64,000 bases of DNA, taken from positions 209,806 through 273,805 of the forward strand of contig CAZKJM010000001.1 of the NCBI GenBank assembly GCA_964553245.1, read 5' to 3'. Under the pieces are notes generated by a model. It ran no database searches. It was not told the origin of the DNA and saw only the letters and a program-made list of their open reading frames with translations. Shown piece after piece: positions 19,178 to 28,195 of the stretch. The DNA is from an uncultured Gammaproteobacteria bacterium (lineage in GTDB: Bacteria > Patescibacteriota > Microgenomatia > Levybacterales > UBA12049). Every line of letters starts with the position of its first letter. Position 1 is the first letter of the stretch. The translations under genes and the position numbers were made by a program.

Positions 19178-21865
19178 CTAATTAGGGTAATGGCATTTTT
19201 TATATTTTTTGCCTGATCCACACCAGCAAGGATCATTTCTACCTAATTTCTTCTTCTCCTGTTCTTCTTTAATAGGTTTTTGTTTTCCTGTTCCACTTAC
19301 TTCAGAAGAAGGAGTATTAGTTTGCATATGTCTTGTTTGTTGAGGAAGATCAGGTTGCTGTTGTACTTGAACCCTGAATATTCTGTGAACAATTTCATCG
19401 TCAATTGCTGTAATTAGTTTTTCAAACATTGTGTATGCTTCATTCTTATATTCAACCAAAGGATCTTTTTGCCCATAGCCTCTTAATCCAATTCCCTGTC
19501 GTAAATTATCTACAGCGTCTAAATGATCCATCCATAAATTGTCTATAACCGAAAGAGTCACAAATCTTTCTATCTGACGCATTAAATCTTCCCCTAATTG
19601 ATTTATACGCATTTTATAAATATCAGCAGCAATGTTTTTTAGAAAATCAATTTTTGCATTTTGGTTTTCAAGTTGTTCAAGTTGCTTTACTATTTGATTT
19701 TTGGAATTATCATCAAAAGGAAGAATCGTGGAGAAACTATCAACTATTTTTTCGCTTATGCTTTTTTCCGGATTAAATTCTTCTACCAATGTAAGCATTA
19801 CTAAACTTGTTATACTTTCGTCTATTTTTTCTTTTATTTCTTTTCTCAGTTCTTCTGAATCACCTTGACCTGCCTCAAGTATTTTTTTTCTCCTTTGGTA
19901 AATAATTTCTCTTTGTTTATTTAAAACATCATCGTAATCAACCAAATGCTTCCTTATATCAAAGTTGTATCCCTCTACTTTTGTCTGTGCCTGCTCTATT
20001 GCCCTCGAAACAATCGGATGCTGCAGAGGAATATTTTCCGGCATATTAAATCTTGTCATAAGACCGGAAATTGTATCCCCTCCAAAAAGACGCATTATGT
20101 CATCATCTAAACCAACGTAAAATCTTGATGCACCAGGATCTCCCTGCCTTCCAGATCTTCCCCTTAACTGATTATCTATTCTTCTTGATTCATGACGTTC
20201 TGTTCCAATAACTAATAATCCCCCCAAGCTAAGTATTTCCTTGTGTCGTTTTTCCCAATTTTCCCATTCTTTTGATTCTTTTTTGCTACTTCCATCTTCA
20301 GTTTTAGGAGGCTCTCCTCCTAAAACAATATCTACCCCTCTTCCTGCCATATTTGTAGCAACAGTTACCGCTCCCTTTTCTCCAGCTTTAGCAATAATTT
20401 CTGCCTCTCTTTCGTGATTTTTTGCATTTAAGACTTCGTGATTTATTCCTCTTCTTTTTAATAGCTCTGATATTATTTCATTTTTTTCAATTGATGTAGT
20501 ACCAACTAAAACCGGTTGTCCTTTTTTGTATGCTTTTTCTATCTCATCTGCAACTGCTGTAAATTTTGCCCTGGATGTTTTGTAAATTGCATCGGGATAA
20601 TCTTTTCTAATCATTGGATTATTGGTTGGAATAACTACAACATCAAGTTTGTAAATCTTATTAAATTCTTCTGCTTCTGTAACTGCAGTTCCTGTCATTC
20701 CAGCTAGTTTTTCATACATTCTAAAATAATTCTGCAGAGAAACCGTAGCCATTGTTTTTGACTCTCTTTGAATAGTAACTCCTTCTTTTGCTTCTATTGC
20801 CTGATGCAACCCTTCGGATAATCTTCTTCCTGTCATTAAGCGACCAGTAAATTCATCGACCAGAATTACTTCGTTATCTTTAATAATGTAATCTTTTTCT
20901 TTATGAAATAATGTCCTAGCTTTTAAAGCAGCCTCTAGGTGATAAACTGTGTCAAAATCTTTTTCGTAAATTTCTGCTATTCCATATAATTTTTCAATTT
21001 TACTTATTCCATGCTCTGTTAAATGAGCTGTTCTTAGTTTCTCATCTATTTTATAATCAATTTCCGGGACTAATTTTTCTACTAATTTTGCGTATTCATA
21101 ATATTTTTGTGTTGGCGCCTCATCCGGAGCAGAAATTATATGAGGAGTTCTCGCTTCATCGATTAAAACAGAATCTACTTCATCAACAATTGCATAATAA
21201 TGTCCTCTTTGAACCATTGATTCCAAATCGGAAGCCATGTTATCTCTTAAATAATCAAAACCGAATTCTGAATTTATTCCATAAACTATATCTGCATTAT
21301 AAGCCTCTTTTCTTTCTACAGACTTGAGGTGTAAAAGCCTAGTATCACGCACGTCTTTATTGAGAAATTCCGGGTCATAAATAAATGATTCATCACTGAT
21401 TATTGATGCTACTTTTAAACCCAAGAAATTAAACACTGCTCCCATCCAACCCGCGTCTCTTCTTGCAAGATAATCATTAACGGTGACTAAATGTACGCTT
21501 TTTCCTGTAAGACTATTAAGATACAACGCCGGTACTGCTGACAATGTTTTTCCTTCCCCAGTTTTCTGTTCTGCTATTTTTCCATTAGCTAATGAAATTG
21601 CTGCCATTAGCTGAACGTCAAAATGTCTCTGGCCAATCGATCTTCTCGCTGCTTCCCTTACTAGAGCAAAAGCTTCCGGAAGTATTGAATCTAAAGTCTC
21701 TCCGCTTAATACTCTTTTTTTTAACTCTTCTGTTTTTTTGGGGAAAGCATCGTCTTTTAGTTTTTTAATTTTTTCCTCGAATGAATTAATCTCGTTAATG
21801 ATTGGTCTTAATTTATTTATTTCTTTTTCGTTGGAATCAAAGAATTTTCCAATAATTTTAAACAT
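19178..21865 (-). CDS. secA: preprotein translocase ATPase SecA
   Basis: 895 aa; N-terminal MFKIIGKFFDSNEKEINKL; DEAD-like motor motifs; C-terminal zinc-finger CWCGSGKKYKKCH. Confidence 0.95.
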   Translation of the reverse strand: MFKIIGKFFDSNEKEINKLRPIINEINSFEEKIKKLKDDAFPKKTEELKKRVLSGETLDSILPEAFALVREAARRSIGQRHFDVQLMAAISLANGKIAEQKTGEGKTLSAVPALYLNSLTGKSVHLVTVNDYLARRDAGWMGAVFNFLGLKVASIISDESFIYDPEFLNKDVRDTRLLHLKSVERKEAYNADIVYGINSEFGFDYLRDNMASDLESMVQRGHYYAIVDEVDSVLIDEARTPHIISAPDEAPTQKYYEYAKLVEKLVPEIDYKIDEKLRTAHLTEHGISKIEKLYGIAEIYEKDFDTVYHLEAALKARTLFHKEKDYIIKDNEVILVDEFTGRLMTGRRLSEGLHQAIEAKEGVTIQRESKTMATVSLQNYFRMYEKLAGMTGTAVTEAEEFNKIYKLDVVVIPTNNPMIRKDYPDAIYKTSRAKFTAVADEIEKAYKKGQPVLVGTTSIEKNEIISELLKRRGINHEVLNAKNHEREAEIIAKAGEKGAVTVATNMAGRGVDIVLGGEPPKTEDGSSKKESKEWENWEKRHKEILSLGGLLVIGTERHESRRIDNQLRGRSGRQGDPGASRFYVGLDDDIMRLFGGDTISGLMTRFNMPENIPLQHPIVSRAIEQAQTKVEGYNFDIRKHLVDYDDVLNKQREIIYQRRKKILEAGQGDSEELRKEIKEKIDESITSLVMLTLVEEFNPEKSISEKIVDSFSTILPFDDNSKNQIVKQLEQLENQNAKIDFLKNIAADIYKMRINQLGEDLMRQIERFVTLSVIDNLWMDHLDAVDNLRQGIGLRGYGQKDPLVEYKNEAYTMFEKLITAIDDEIVHRIFRVQVQQQPDLPQQTRHMQTNTPSSEVSGTGKQKPIKEEQEKKKLGRNDPCWCGSGKKYKKCHYPN

Positions 21866-21878
21866 AGGCTTATTTTAC

Positions 21879-21906
21879 CATAAAAATCCCGCCCATAACG
21901 GGCGGG
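21879..21906 (-). terminator. GC-rich hairpin (CCCGCCC-5-GGGCGGG) plus U-run, 12 nt upstream of secA ATG; terminator/attenuator-like
   Basis: Perfect 7-bp GC stem at 21888-21906 followed on the minus strand by UUUUUAU; unusual in AT-rich DNA. Confidence 0.5.
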
Positions 21907-21953
21907 ATTATTACCAACTGATCAATTGGTAAAGCTCCAAATTGCTTACCAAT

Positions 21954-21983
21954 TTACTTCTTCTTCTTCTTTTTCTTTGCCAT
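21954..21983 (-). other. candidate leader mini-ORF MAKKKKKKK upstream of secA
   Basis: GAGGAGGTGA SD 6 nt before ATG; codons ATG GCA AAG AAA AAG AAG AAG AAG AAG TAA; followed by the hairpin at 21925-21953 (ATTGGTAA...TTACCAAT). Confidence 0.4.
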
Positions 21984-22135
21984 GAAGAATCACCTCCTCA
22001 CTTTCTTGCCAAATTTTCAAAAAGAAAACGGGCAGTGATTGTTTTTATCGTGTATTAATTTTATTAGTTTGTCAAGATTTTTTCTTTGCTTCAAAGTTAT
22101 TAATTTGGATTGAAATAACAATAAAAATCAAAAAG

Positions 22136-23368
22136 CTATTTTTGAGGTTTTATTACTGTTTTATTAAGATATTTTTGTAAAACTTTTGGTATTAAAACAC
22201 TACCGTCTTCTTGTTGATTATTTTCCAAAATTGCAACTATTGGTCTTGTAGAGAAGGCTGTTCCGTTTAAGATATTTGCGTATTCTGTTTTATTATTTTC
22301 TCTGTATTTAATATTTAATCTTCTTGCCTGAAAATCAGTAGTTGTTGACGTAGAAGTTACTTCTCTGTATTTTTCTTCCGATGGAATCCATGCTTCCAAA
22401 TCATATTTTCTGGCTGCGGGAAAACCTAAATCACCTGTACACATTTTAACAACCTGATAAGGAATTTCTAGGCTTTGCAAAAGTTTTTCTTCCAAGGATA
22501 AAAGAAATTCGTGTTCCTTGTCATCCTCTCCCTGTTTTACAAATGAAACCATTTCAATTTTATCGAATTGGTGAGCTCTTAAAATCCCTCTTGTGTCCTT
22601 GCCATAACTTCCAGCTTCTCTTCTAAAGCAGGATGAAAAACCAACGTACCTCTTGGGTAATTCATCCAAATTTAAAACTTCATTTTTGTGCATTGGAACA
22701 ATTGATTGTTCCGAAGTACCAACCAAAACTAATCCGTCTTTTTCAAAAATGTACATATCCTCATCTCCGCCATCTTCCATATAGCCAAGTCCCCTCATTA
22801 CTTCTTCTTTTACTAAAACGGGGGGTAAAACAGGAACGAAGCCTTCTTTAATTAAAGTTTCAAATGCCAGTTGTTTTAATGCAAATTCCAAAAGAACCCC
22901 ATCTCCTTTTAAATAATAAAATCTAGATCCGGAAATCTTCGACGCCCTTTCAACGTCTATAATCCCTAACTTTTCCCCTATTGTTAAATGGTCCTCCGGG
23001 ATGAAATTAAACTTCTTGGGGGAACCTTCTTTTCTTAAAACTTCATTTTCCTTATCGTTTTTTCCAACTTTTACATCTTTTTTGGGAGGATTAGGAAGCT
23101 GAATGATTATTTTTTTAATATCCTCATTAAGCTCTGTTAATCTTTTCTCTTTTTTGTCCAGTTCTTCTTTTATCTTTTTTCCTTTTTCTACATCTCTTGC
23201 TTTTGCCGCAATGTTCCTTTCTTCTCTCAATCTTTGAACGTTGACATTCAAAGCCTTTTGCTCCTCATCAAGTTTTAAAAGGTTCTGAATACTAACGTTT
23301 ACTCCTTTATTTCTTGCGCCCTCTTCGACAATTTTTAAATTTTCCTTAATAAATTTAATGTCTAACAT
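22136..23368 (-). CDS. serS: seryl-tRNA synthetase
   Basis: N-terminal coiled-coil tRNA-binding arm; class II core with SSCFRREAGSYGKDTRG and FDKIEM motifs. Confidence 0.9.
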   Translation of the reverse strand: MLDIKFIKENLKIVEEGARNKGVNVSIQNLLKLDEEQKALNVNVQRLREERNIAAKARDVEKGKKIKEELDKKEKRLTELNEDIKKIIIQLPNPPKKDVKVGKNDKENEVLRKEGSPKKFNFIPEDHLTIGEKLGIIDVERASKISGSRFYYLKGDGVLLEFALKQLAFETLIKEGFVPVLPPVLVKEEVMRGLGYMEDGGDEDMYIFEKDGLVLVGTSEQSIVPMHKNEVLNLDELPKRYVGFSSCFRREAGSYGKDTRGILRAHQFDKIEMVSFVKQGEDDKEHEFLLSLEEKLLQSLEIPYQVVKMCTGDLGFPAARKYDLEAWIPSEEKYREVTSTSTTTDFQARRLNIKYRENNKTEYANILNGTAFSTRPIVAILENNQQEDGSVLIPKVLQKYLNKTVIKPQK

Positions 23369-23419
23369 ATTTAAATACTTCTGTATTATTTGTGATTATA
23401 ATCCCTAAGTAAAAACTAA

Positions 23420-24916
23420 TCAAACTAAATCGTTCAAAAACCTTTTTTTAATAAAATCTTTTTTTAAAGCAAGGATTAGCCAACCGGCCTTTGGTCCATG
23501 ATCTTTACCGATTAACGATAAATAAATTGCAGAGAATGCATCTTTTGAGGAGATTTCAGATTCTTTAGCCCATTCATAAAGTTCTCTTTGAAAACTTTCC
23601 GCGTCCCATTTCTTATCTAGCTCTACTGTAATTTTTTTTAGAAAACTTTTTTGCTCTGGACTTAAATCGCCAGCTTCTTTTGGAAGAGTTTTTTGAACAA
23701 GAAACTTTTCTGATTCTGAAGCGTATTTTTTAACCCAAACACGTGCGTAATCTGCCCAAGTCTCGAGCTTTTCTAATTTTATTTTTTCTTCCATATTAGG
23801 CATTTGTACCCATTGTGAAAGAATCGAAAATCTTATAAATGGTGGTTTTTCTACTTTTTCTATTTGGGACATTTCAAAAATCCTTGCGTTATCGTCTGCT
23901 TTTTTAGAAAAATATGCATCTGCCATTTTTTGATATTCATCATAAAGTTTTGGGAATAAATCAGGCTTTTTAATTGAAAATTCAACCGCCTGATTGGGTT
24001 TTGTTTTAATCATCAAAAATCTTGCAACTTGCGGGGGAATGACTTTTAATAATTCTTCTGAAGTTAATCCTATACCTTTTGAAGAAGCCATTTTTTTACC
24101 TTCTGAAATAAAAAATTCATAAGGAAGCTTAAGTGGTGGTTTCGCCTTAAACACATCGCTTAAAATTTTCATAGCAACATCGTAAGTTCCCCCCGCTGAT
24201 GCATGGTCTTTACCGGCTCCCTCTATTGTTACCCCGAATGTCCACCACTTAGCAGCCCATTCAACCTTAAATGGCATTTTTGCATTACCATTAAAAGGGG
24301 CAATTTTCCCTTTGTTTCCGCAGCCCTCTGCCCATTTGACCAAATCTTTTTTACACTCGTAGGAAACTTCTTTTCCGTCCCAATTAGTAACTTTTGTTGT
24401 ACCCAATTTACCGCATTTTGAACAAACAACCTGTAAAGGATACCAATTATCAGTAATTTTTTTGCTATAAATTTCCTCATATACCTTTCTTATTTTTTCC
24501 GCGTTGTCTAAAACAAATTTTATTGCTTTATTAAACGTTCCGTTTTTATATAAATTGCTTGTTTTATAAATTTCTGCCTGTATATTGAGTCTCTTAAATA
24601 AATCCTCCATTTTTCTTGAATAAAAATCACCAAATGATCCGTTACCATCAGGAGAAGGCGCAACCGAAATAGGAACTCCCATATATTTTTGATAAGATTC
24701 TTTTAATTCCGGCGGTAACCCATCTATGCAATCAAAATCATCAAATCCAAAAGTATATTTAACATCAGATCCTTTTTCTTTTAAAATTCTAAATAAAACA
24801 TCGTGGATTATCGGACCCTTAATCCCACCCATATGAATATTTCCGGATGGTGTCCATGAATCATTTATCCATTCTTTTTCTTTTCTGTCCTGAAGTAATT
24901 TGTCAGCCCAAAACAT
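23420..24916 (-). CDS. lysK: class I lysyl-tRNA synthetase (archaeal-type LysRS)
   Basis: MFWAD...TPSGNIHMGG (HIGH-region equivalent) and KMASSKG (KMSKS) motifs; 498 aa; matches the class I LysRS N-terminus (HWAD...PSGxIHIGN). Confidence 0.75.
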   Translation of the reverse strand: MFWADKLLQDRKEKEWINDSWTPSGNIHMGGIKGPIIHDVLFRILKEKGSDVKYTFGFDDFDCIDGLPPELKESYQKYMGVPISVAPSPDGNGSFGDFYSRKMEDLFKRLNIQAEIYKTSNLYKNGTFNKAIKFVLDNAEKIRKVYEEIYSKKITDNWYPLQVVCSKCGKLGTTKVTNWDGKEVSYECKKDLVKWAEGCGNKGKIAPFNGNAKMPFKVEWAAKWWTFGVTIEGAGKDHASAGGTYDVAMKILSDVFKAKPPLKLPYEFFISEGKKMASSKGIGLTSEELLKVIPPQVARFLMIKTKPNQAVEFSIKKPDLFPKLYDEYQKMADAYFSKKADDNARIFEMSQIEKVEKPPFIRFSILSQWVQMPNMEEKIKLEKLETWADYARVWVKKYASESEKFLVQKTLPKEAGDLSPEQKSFLKKITVELDKKWDAESFQRELYEWAKESEISSKDAFSAIYLSLIGKDHGPKAGWLILALKKDFIKKRFLNDLV

Positions 24917-24956
24917 AAGCTCATTATACTAGATTTGTAAACAAAAATGCAGTAAA

Positions 24957-26717
24957 TCAATAGTCTTCCAATGTGGAAAGATCACCTAGTGGCAAGCCGA
25001 GCTCTTTTGCTTTTAAAACTCGCCTCATAATTTTTCCTGATCTTGTTTTTGGAAGCTTATCGATAAATTCAATTTCTCTTGGATATAAATGCCCTGCAAG
25101 GTTATTTTTTACAAACATTTTTATTTTTTCCTTTGTCTTATCGTTTTTTTCTACTCCCTGTTTTAAAACAACGAATGCTTTTATTATTTCTCCTCTTGTC
25201 ATATCTGGCTTTCCGATTACCCCTGCTTCTATAATGTCCGGATACTCCACTAAAGCGCTTTCCACTTCAAACGGACCAACTCTTTCCCCTGCAGTTTTTA
25301 TTACATCATCTGTTCTTCCAAAAAACCAAAAATATCCATCGTCATCTTTATAAGCTCTATCTCCTGAAACATACCAATCCTTAATAAAATATGACTTATA
25401 CTTCTCATCGTTTTTCCAAATTTGCTTCATTAAAGAAGACACCGTATCTTTTTTAATTGCTAGGTTTCCTTCTTTATTTGCAGGAAGTTCGTTCCCTTTC
25501 TCGTCAATTATTGCAGCAATAACTCCGGGAAAAGGTTTTCCCATAGAGCCTGGTTTTATATCTAAAGAGGCATAATTTGATACGGAAATTGCACCAAGCT
25601 CTGTCTGCCACCATGTATCGTGAAAGGGTAAATTAAATGCCTCTAGCCCCCACCATATTGCCTCAGGATTAAGCGGTTCACCAACGCTTACCAAATGCCT
25701 TAAAGACGATAAGTTAAAATCTTTTGCTTTGACTTTTGATCCCATTAACATTCTTATTGCAGTTGGAGCCGTATACCAAACATTAACCTTATATTCCTCG
25801 ATTATTTTGTACCAATTTTCGGGCGAAAATCTCCCCTCGTAAAGAATTAATGTTCCACCAAGACCAAGAATTCCCAAGACATTGTAAACTACCCCTGTAA
25901 CCCAACCAAGATCTGCCGTACACCAATATCTCTCATCTTCATGAATGTCTAATACATATTTTGTTGTTAATATTGCTTGAAGAATATCGTAATGTGAATG
26001 AGCTACGCCCTTTGGTTTTCCGGTAGTTCCTGAAGTATATAAAATATACGAAAGGTCATTTTTATCCGTGTGGACAGGCAAAAAATTGTCCGAAGCATTA
26101 TCCATTTCTTTTTGGTAATAAACAATTCTTTTTTCTTTTGGTTGATCGACCGATCCCCTTTCTACAATTATTATTTTTTCAAGACTCGGTAAATCTTTCC
26201 AAATTTTTTTAATTCTTGGGAAAAGAACAGAATTGGTAACTAAAACCTTGGCTTCACAATCTTTTAGCCTATCGAAAAGTGCAATTTCCTGAAACGCAGG
26301 AAACAATGGGCCTGCTACAGCTCCAATTTTTAGAATTCCGATAAAAGAAATATGCCGCTCGGGAATATTTGGCAAGAAAATAAAAACACGATCTCCTTTT
26401 TTTACTTTATTTTTGATTAATACGCTGGCAAATTTGTTTGTAAGTTTTTTAAGCTTTTCGTAGGTATATTCTTCTTTATTTCCTTTTTCTCCTTCAAAAT
26501 ATATGGCTATTTTGTTCCTTCCTTTACCAAGAGTATGCCTATCAACAAGATTATAGGAGATGTTTAACGAACCATCTTTAAAATAATCAATTTCTTTTTC
26601 AAAATCTTCTAGTAAAAATTTTTTAGAAAACTCAGCGTAGTCTATAAAATTAGGTTTTTTTAAAAAGCTCTTAACGTCTTTGTGGATTATATTTTGATTA
26701 CTATTCACTGGATGCAC
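24957..26717 (-). CDS. AMP-forming acyl-CoA synthetase, likely acetyl-CoA synthetase
   Basis: YTSGTTGKPKG AMP-binding motif; DWYVSGDRAY...GRTDDVIKTAGERV C-terminal motifs. Confidence 0.75.
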   Translation of the reverse strand: MHPVNSNQNIIHKDVKSFLKKPNFIDYAEFSKKFLLEDFEKEIDYFKDGSLNISYNLVDRHTLGKGRNKIAIYFEGEKGNKEEYTYEKLKKLTNKFASVLIKNKVKKGDRVFIFLPNIPERHISFIGILKIGAVAGPLFPAFQEIALFDRLKDCEAKVLVTNSVLFPRIKKIWKDLPSLEKIIIVERGSVDQPKEKRIVYYQKEMDNASDNFLPVHTDKNDLSYILYTSGTTGKPKGVAHSHYDILQAILTTKYVLDIHEDERYWCTADLGWVTGVVYNVLGILGLGGTLILYEGRFSPENWYKIIEEYKVNVWYTAPTAIRMLMGSKVKAKDFNLSSLRHLVSVGEPLNPEAIWWGLEAFNLPFHDTWWQTELGAISVSNYASLDIKPGSMGKPFPGVIAAIIDEKGNELPANKEGNLAIKKDTVSSLMKQIWKNDEKYKSYFIKDWYVSGDRAYKDDDGYFWFFGRTDDVIKTAGERVGPFEVESALVEYPDIIEAGVIGKPDMTRGEIIKAFVVLKQGVEKNDKTKEKIKMFVKNNLAGHLYPREIEFIDKLPKTRSGKIMRRVLKAKELGLPLGDLSTLEDY

Positions 26718-26743
26718 TAATTATACAATATTTTATTGTTAAA

Positions 26744-27214
26744 TTAGTCTACTGATACCACTGTGTATAAAATTTTTCCTGCTGGAGCCTCTACTTCGAT
26801 TTTTTCTCCCACTTTTTTGCCAATTAACGCTTTTCCCAATGGTGATTCGTGGGATATTTTCTTTTCTTTTGGATCAGCTTCCCATTCGCCAACTACCATA
26901 AAAGTTTCTTTTTTACCTTTTACATTAAGGATTACTTTCGATCCAAGTTTAACAATATGATTTGTATTCTTTGAGTTTTCTTCTATAAGAACTACCTGTT
27001 TTAACAATTCTTCCAACTCCTCTATTCTTCCATCAATAAACGAAAGCTCTTCTTTGGCTGCTGTATACTCTGCGTTTTCCGAAAGATCTCCCATGCTTCT
27101 TGCTTGAGAAACTCTTTCTAAAACATCCGGTCTTTTAACCTTAACTAATTCTTCTAGTTCTTTTCTTAACTCTCCTAGCCCTTCTTTTGTTAAATATATT
27201 TTTTTTATATCCAT
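26744..27214 (-). CDS. greA: transcription elongation factor GreA
   Basis: 156 aa; N-terminal coiled coil with SMGDLSENAEY; C-terminal FKBP-like domain. Confidence 0.9.
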   Translation of the reverse strand: MDIKKIYLTKEGLGELRKELEELVKVKRPDVLERVSQARSMGDLSENAEYTAAKEELSFIDGRIEELEELLKQVVLIEENSKNTNHIVKLGSKVILNVKGKKETFMVVGEWEADPKEKKISHESPLGKALIGKKVGEKIEVEAPAGKILYTVVSVD

Positions 27215-27225
27215 AAACTCTCCTA

Positions 27226-27257
27226 TTTAAAATAAAATCCCTCCAATTTTTGAGGGA
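27226..27257 (-). terminator. hairpin (TCCCTC-8-GAGGGA) plus U-run, acts as terminator of upstream gene and/or greA leader structure
   Basis: Inverted repeat at 27238-27257 followed on the minus strand by UUUUAUUUU; lies between the promoter and the greA SD AGGAGAG. Confidence 0.5.
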
Positions 27258-27283
27258 GATGGGAGGGCAGTTTTACCTTAGGG

Positions 27284-27312
27284 ATGATATCTGAAATTCA
27301 ATTTTTTGTCAA
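27284..27312 (-). promoter_or_regulatory. sigma70-type promoter TTGACA-17-TATCAT for greA
   Basis: Minus-strand -35 at 27307-27312 and -10 at 27284-27289 with exact 17-nt spacer. Confidence 0.55.
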
Positions 27313-27355
27313 TGACCTCTAGTATTTTTTGGCTCATTTTAGCCTTATTTTTACA

Positions 27356-28195
27356 TTATAGGTCTTTTTTTAAACTCTTTTTGTATTCTCTTAAAATGCG
27401 TTTTTGATGATCAAAAGGATGGAAAAAAAGGGATTCATTAGATATTTTTTCCGATGTAATATGTCTCTTCATATAAAAAAGTTGAGGTACCATAAATAAG
27501 TAATCTAAGTACCTAAATAAGCTTTTTTTTGTATCAATATTTGGATAATTACGCTCAATAATTTTCATACTGTTTGGCATATAATTAAAAACCCATATAT
27601 TTTTATTTAAAAACTTCTGGTAAGTATTATCTTTATTTAATATCGGTAATAATTGAATAATTTCGTGAGCAAGATAAATATTTTTTTTAAATTTTATATG
27701 TCCTTCGTCTAAAAACATATTCAAACAAATTTTGTTTTTAACGTTTTTATCTTTTCTTTTTCTATGTTTTCCTAAGAGTTTAAGAATTAATATTGTAAAA
27801 AACCTCGTAATCCAAACTGTATTTTTTTTAGCAATAATAAAAAAATCGATATCGTCTTCTTCGTCGGCATTTTTTAAAGACAAATTACCACTTATGCCTA
27901 TTAATTTTATTGTTGGAATTAATGAAAGTTTTCTTGCAATATTTTTAGCAATTTTTATTTTTTCCAAACTTTGTTTCTCACGTTTTCTTCTTAATTCAAC
28001 TATATAATCTCTTCCTTTTAAAAAATAAAAGCCGTTTTTAAAAGATATTTTTTTTATTTTTTTTAATGATTGAAAAACTTCTTCTTTTGTAAATGTCTCA
28101 TTGGTAATCAATGATTGAAAAACTTCTTCTTTTGTAAGAGGATAATTAAATATATTGCTATAGAGCAGTGTTTTTAATATCGCTTTACTGCCCAT
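27356..28195 (-). CDS. minimal nucleotidyltransferase (Pol-beta superfamily) domain protein, unknown function
   Basis: GISGNLSLKNADEEDDIDFFI fits the GS-x(9-13)-DxD NTase motif; 279 aa. Confidence 0.5.
   Translation of the reverse strand: MGSKAILKTLLYSNIFNYPLTKEEVFQSLITNETFTKEEVFQSLKKIKKISFKNGFYFLKGRDYIVELRRKREKQSLEKIKIAKNIARKLSLIPTIKLIGISGNLSLKNADEEDDIDFFIIAKKNTVWITRFFTILILKLLGKHRKRKDKNVKNKICLNMFLDEGHIKFKKNIYLAHEIIQLLPILNKDNTYQKFLNKNIWVFNYMPNSMKIIERNYPNIDTKKSLFRYLDYLFMVPQLFYMKRHITSEKISNESLFFHPFDHQKRILREYKKSLKKDL
28065..28139. repeat. 45-bp in-frame tandem duplication (2 copies) inside the nucleotidyltransferase gene
   Basis: aatgattgaaaaacttcttcttttgtaa at 28065 and 28110; encodes TKEEVFQSL twice in the protein N-terminus. 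Confidence 0.75.

Noticed and set aside
22040-22075. TTGACA hexamer (minus strand) upstream of the secA uORF as a candidate -35
   Set aside because: No acceptable -10 hexamer at 16-19 nt spacing, so the promoter is not callable from sequence.
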